Positions 60,681 to 64,000 of a stretch of 64,000 bases of DNA are shown here, piece after piece (the stretch's first letter is position 1; every line of letters starts with the position of its first letter). Where the stretch lies: the NCBI GenBank assembly GCA_964187785.1, contig OZ076409.1:29638001-29702000 (forward strand). Reading direction: 5' to 3'. Under the pieces are notes generated by a model. It searched no databases and was not told the origin of the DNA. It saw only the letters and a list, made by a program, of their open reading frames with translations. Both the position numbers and the translations under genes were made by a program. Source of the DNA: Amphiscolops sp. MND2022. Taxonomy: Eukaryota.

Positions 60681-63600
60681 TCTTAACTTGCACTTTGAAC
60701 TGGAAGATAATACGAAATTTAATCCATCAATTCCATATACATACTTCTTACAAAAATTGAAAAATATTTTTCACTTCTTAGACATGATAGTCAACGACAA
60801 AAACAAAGACTCCTGCTCAACAGTAATTCAAAATTTTACATCCTACCCAGCTACATTACCACGAGGAATTATTGGATGTATAGAGATCCCTATTACTCAA
60901 ACAACACCTCCTCATTATAGAGTTCATGATGTAAACTCGCCTTTTCATTCAGTAATACATGCCTAGCATCCTGATACTACAATTCCATTCAGACAAAAGG
61001 ACTACACAGATATGAATTTATGTACTCGAGTAATCCCACAGTCCTTACTAGAAATCAACAAAATTGAAATAAATGATAAAACACTTCAATTACCCATTCC
61101 TTCTGTCACAGGAAATCTTCGACCTTCAGATAAAATTAGAAAAGATTTTCCTTCACTGGCATATACTCTAGAAAATCAACAATTTATAAAAAAAAGTTCA
61201 ACTTTGAATATTCAGAATTGACTGATATTGAATATGTAAACCTCTGCAATATTCTTATTAAAAATCAACATTGCTACGCCAAACATCGAAATGATGTAGG
61301 AAAGATTTCAACTCCATTCAATTTTAGAATTAAAGAAAATTGTAAACTTCAAACACAAAGACCCTCTGAAGTACCAATTCATTACAGAGATAGACTAAAT
61401 AAACTCTTAGTAGAACTTATAAAATATAACATAATAAAACAAATTGGCTCCACGCCAAATGAAAAACACACTATTGAAACAACATTTTTAAACCCTTTAA
61501 TCATTATTCCCAAAGGAGACGCAATAAATGTTGTTTTAGATGCTAGACATTTAAACTCAAACACTGATCAAGAACTTGAATCTTGGCCCATTGAACCTTT
61601 AGCCTCTCAAATAGCTAGAGCTAACAAAAAATAAAAATCAACTATTGATTTAATGTATGCATACGCCCATACTCCATTAGACGAAGAAACAATCAAACTT
61701 ACAGGATTTTCATCCGGAGATAAATAATATACCTTTATCCGTGGATTCTATGGATTAAAAATACTCCCAACTTTTTTCACAAAACAAATGTCAACTTTCT
61801 TATGACCACTTATAGACAAACGTTTTGCGTTAGTATATATTGATGATATATTACTACCAGCAGACGAAAAACAAGTAATCTTTGAACTTATCAAAGAACT
61901 CCATAAAATAGCAACAAAAGAAAGTCTCAAACTTGCACCTGAAAAATCATTTTATATGTTACTAAAAGTAAAATTCCTTGGACATGAAATAGGGAACAAC
62001 ACAATTAAACCAAAAAATGAAGCCATTAAAAGAATCCCATCACCAAAAGAAAAGAAAGATGTTATGCAATTTTAGGCAGTGTAAACTTTTATTCAAAATT
62101 CATTGAAAAACTGCATTATTCAAAACCCTCAAACCATTATATACCTTATTACATGGTGGTGTTAAATTTCAATGGACACCCGAATCAGAGAAAATATTTC
62201 AAGACCTTAAAAACAAAATGACAGCAGAAACTGAATTAACCATACCCATTACAAAACATCCATTTTTCATAACAGTTGATGCTTCCTTAGTTGGTTGAGG
62301 CGCAGTTCTATTCCAAATGAATGAAGAAAATAAAATGAGAGTTGTTTCTTACAATTCACGGATCCTTGATACACAAGAACAAAAACTTTCAACACTAAAC
62401 AGAGAACTCCTCGCAATAATTTATGCATTACAAAAATACGAATTTCTCATTATTGGATCCCCTCATCCCATATACATCTTCACAGATCACAAACCTTTTT
62501 TACACTGTTTTGCAAAAAAGGGAAACCTTAGCCCAAGATTTTATAGAGCACAAATGCAACTAACAAAATTTTTCAAATTAAAAATCATTCATACTCCTGG
62601 AAAAAATTTAACTGTAGCAGACATGCTTTCTAGAACCTTCACAAAGGAACAACTTCAAATACATCAATTACGACACAAACAATTGCCACCTCAAAAAGAT
62701 TTCTCTATCATGAAAGATAACCAATTCAAACCTGTACACTATTTAGTAAAACATGAATAAATCAAATATAATCAAAAAAATGATTGCCATCCAATTCTCG
62801 CTGATTATGGCGACGACCAATTTTCCATTCGTATAAATAACAAAAGAGAAGACATTCATATAAAACCCTTATATTCTTTTTCTTTTCAATCCATTGTTCC
62901 ATTTGAAACTAAGTACAAGAGGCCTACAAAGAATCAAACAGAATCACTCTTACAACAATCAACTGTCCTCAATGACACTGAAATTCTTAGTGATGAAGAT
63001 GAACCAAATCAATCCCAAAATATGAAAAATCAAAACACAAACATATTGAAAGAACAAACCCTAGCAATACAGTACCCCACTAAATCTGATTACTGTAATC
63101 AACAAGTTCCATTTTTTGATCCATCTTTCTTCAAATACACAAGATACTTTCATTATTTCTTCCTAACAGAAGATACTCAATTAACAATTGAAACTATAAA
63201 ATCTCAACAAAAACAAGACCCTGTATTACAAAAGGTTTATCATTGGTTAAAGACTAATGAAAGACCTTTACAAATAGATCCAACAATAGCAAGTAATTCC
63301 TTCCTATCAGTTTACTACAAACTCTTCAATCAACTGTACATCAACCATGATACAAAAATCATTCATATAGATTACCCTAACATTCATGATTCACACCCAA
63401 ATCAACAAGACAAAATATGTTTACCATTTAAACTCTTTCATGCAGTTTTCAATAAATTTCATGCACATGGACACTCTGGAATTATAATATCCAGAAGAGC
63501 TTTCAATCAATTTTTATTTCTACCATTTTTAAATAAATGGATGTCAATATTCATTGATGATTAAATTGAATGTCAACAGAACAAACACATTAATCAAAAA

Positions 63601-64000
63601 ATTCAAACAGCAACAAAACAAACATTTTCAGAAAATGCTTCATTTTTCGATTACCGAATATCAATGGATACAAAAGGACCTATAAATCCACCATCAAAAC
63701 AAAACTTATGCATTCATGTGATAGTAGACGCCTCCAGTCATTTTGTTGTAACAATACCTGTTAAACAAAACAAGGCTCAAAACGCTGTCAATTTGTCAAT
63801 TCCATACTACATCATTGGATTACTAAATTTGGACCTCCCATATATCTAGTTACAGACCGTGGTTCGGAATACATTAATTCTGAATTTGCAAACCTTTGTA
63901 CCACAATGGGAATCAGACATTCACCAAGAACTCCTTATGCACCATGGACAAATGGTTTAGTAGGAAATCAAAACAAAACCCTTGGAACCCATCTCAGACT
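60681..64000 (+). mobile_element. pol: Gypsy-type element G, decayed A/C-rich pol (RT-RH-IN), runs off the window
   Basis: VLDARHLN, IDLMYAY, RGFYGL, YIDD, VDAS, TDHKP, ADMLSR, HAHGHSG, MDTKGP, TDRGSEY. Confidence 0.9.

Overview
Repeat-dense eukaryotic (animal-like) DNA with no intact host gene. It holds at least seven Ty3/Gypsy LTR-retrotransposon copies, most decayed. Four related copies (A, B, C, E) have TGTCATGCC...CCGACA LTRs and a shared TGGTGACAGGAG PBS; D is a deleted relative of E; F and G belong to two other lineages. Also present: a Polinton/Maverick-like fragment (protein-primed PolB plus two orphan genes), two decayed LINE loci, a deleted hAT, several MITEs, a 3.75-kb tandem duplication, a 200-N gap, and a GC-richer palindrome-packed block after the gap. 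The most interesting object is the young Gypsy element C (12303-24633). It carries a predicted three-exon, 448-aa antisense accessory gene that the ORF track splits. It contains at least 31 copies of a CATC-N7-CATC direct-repeat motif, arrayed in roughly 10-bp-quantised phase in the LTR and also placed in Pol linkers and around the accessory gene. Its Gag starts about 103 codons inside the LTR and reads through the PBS. It is flanked by a 53-bp target duplication with a clipped 5' end. Inference: the antisense protein and motif array may be an element-specific DNA-binding regulator/target (anti-silencing or transactivation) pair. All calls are by eye; no searches were run.
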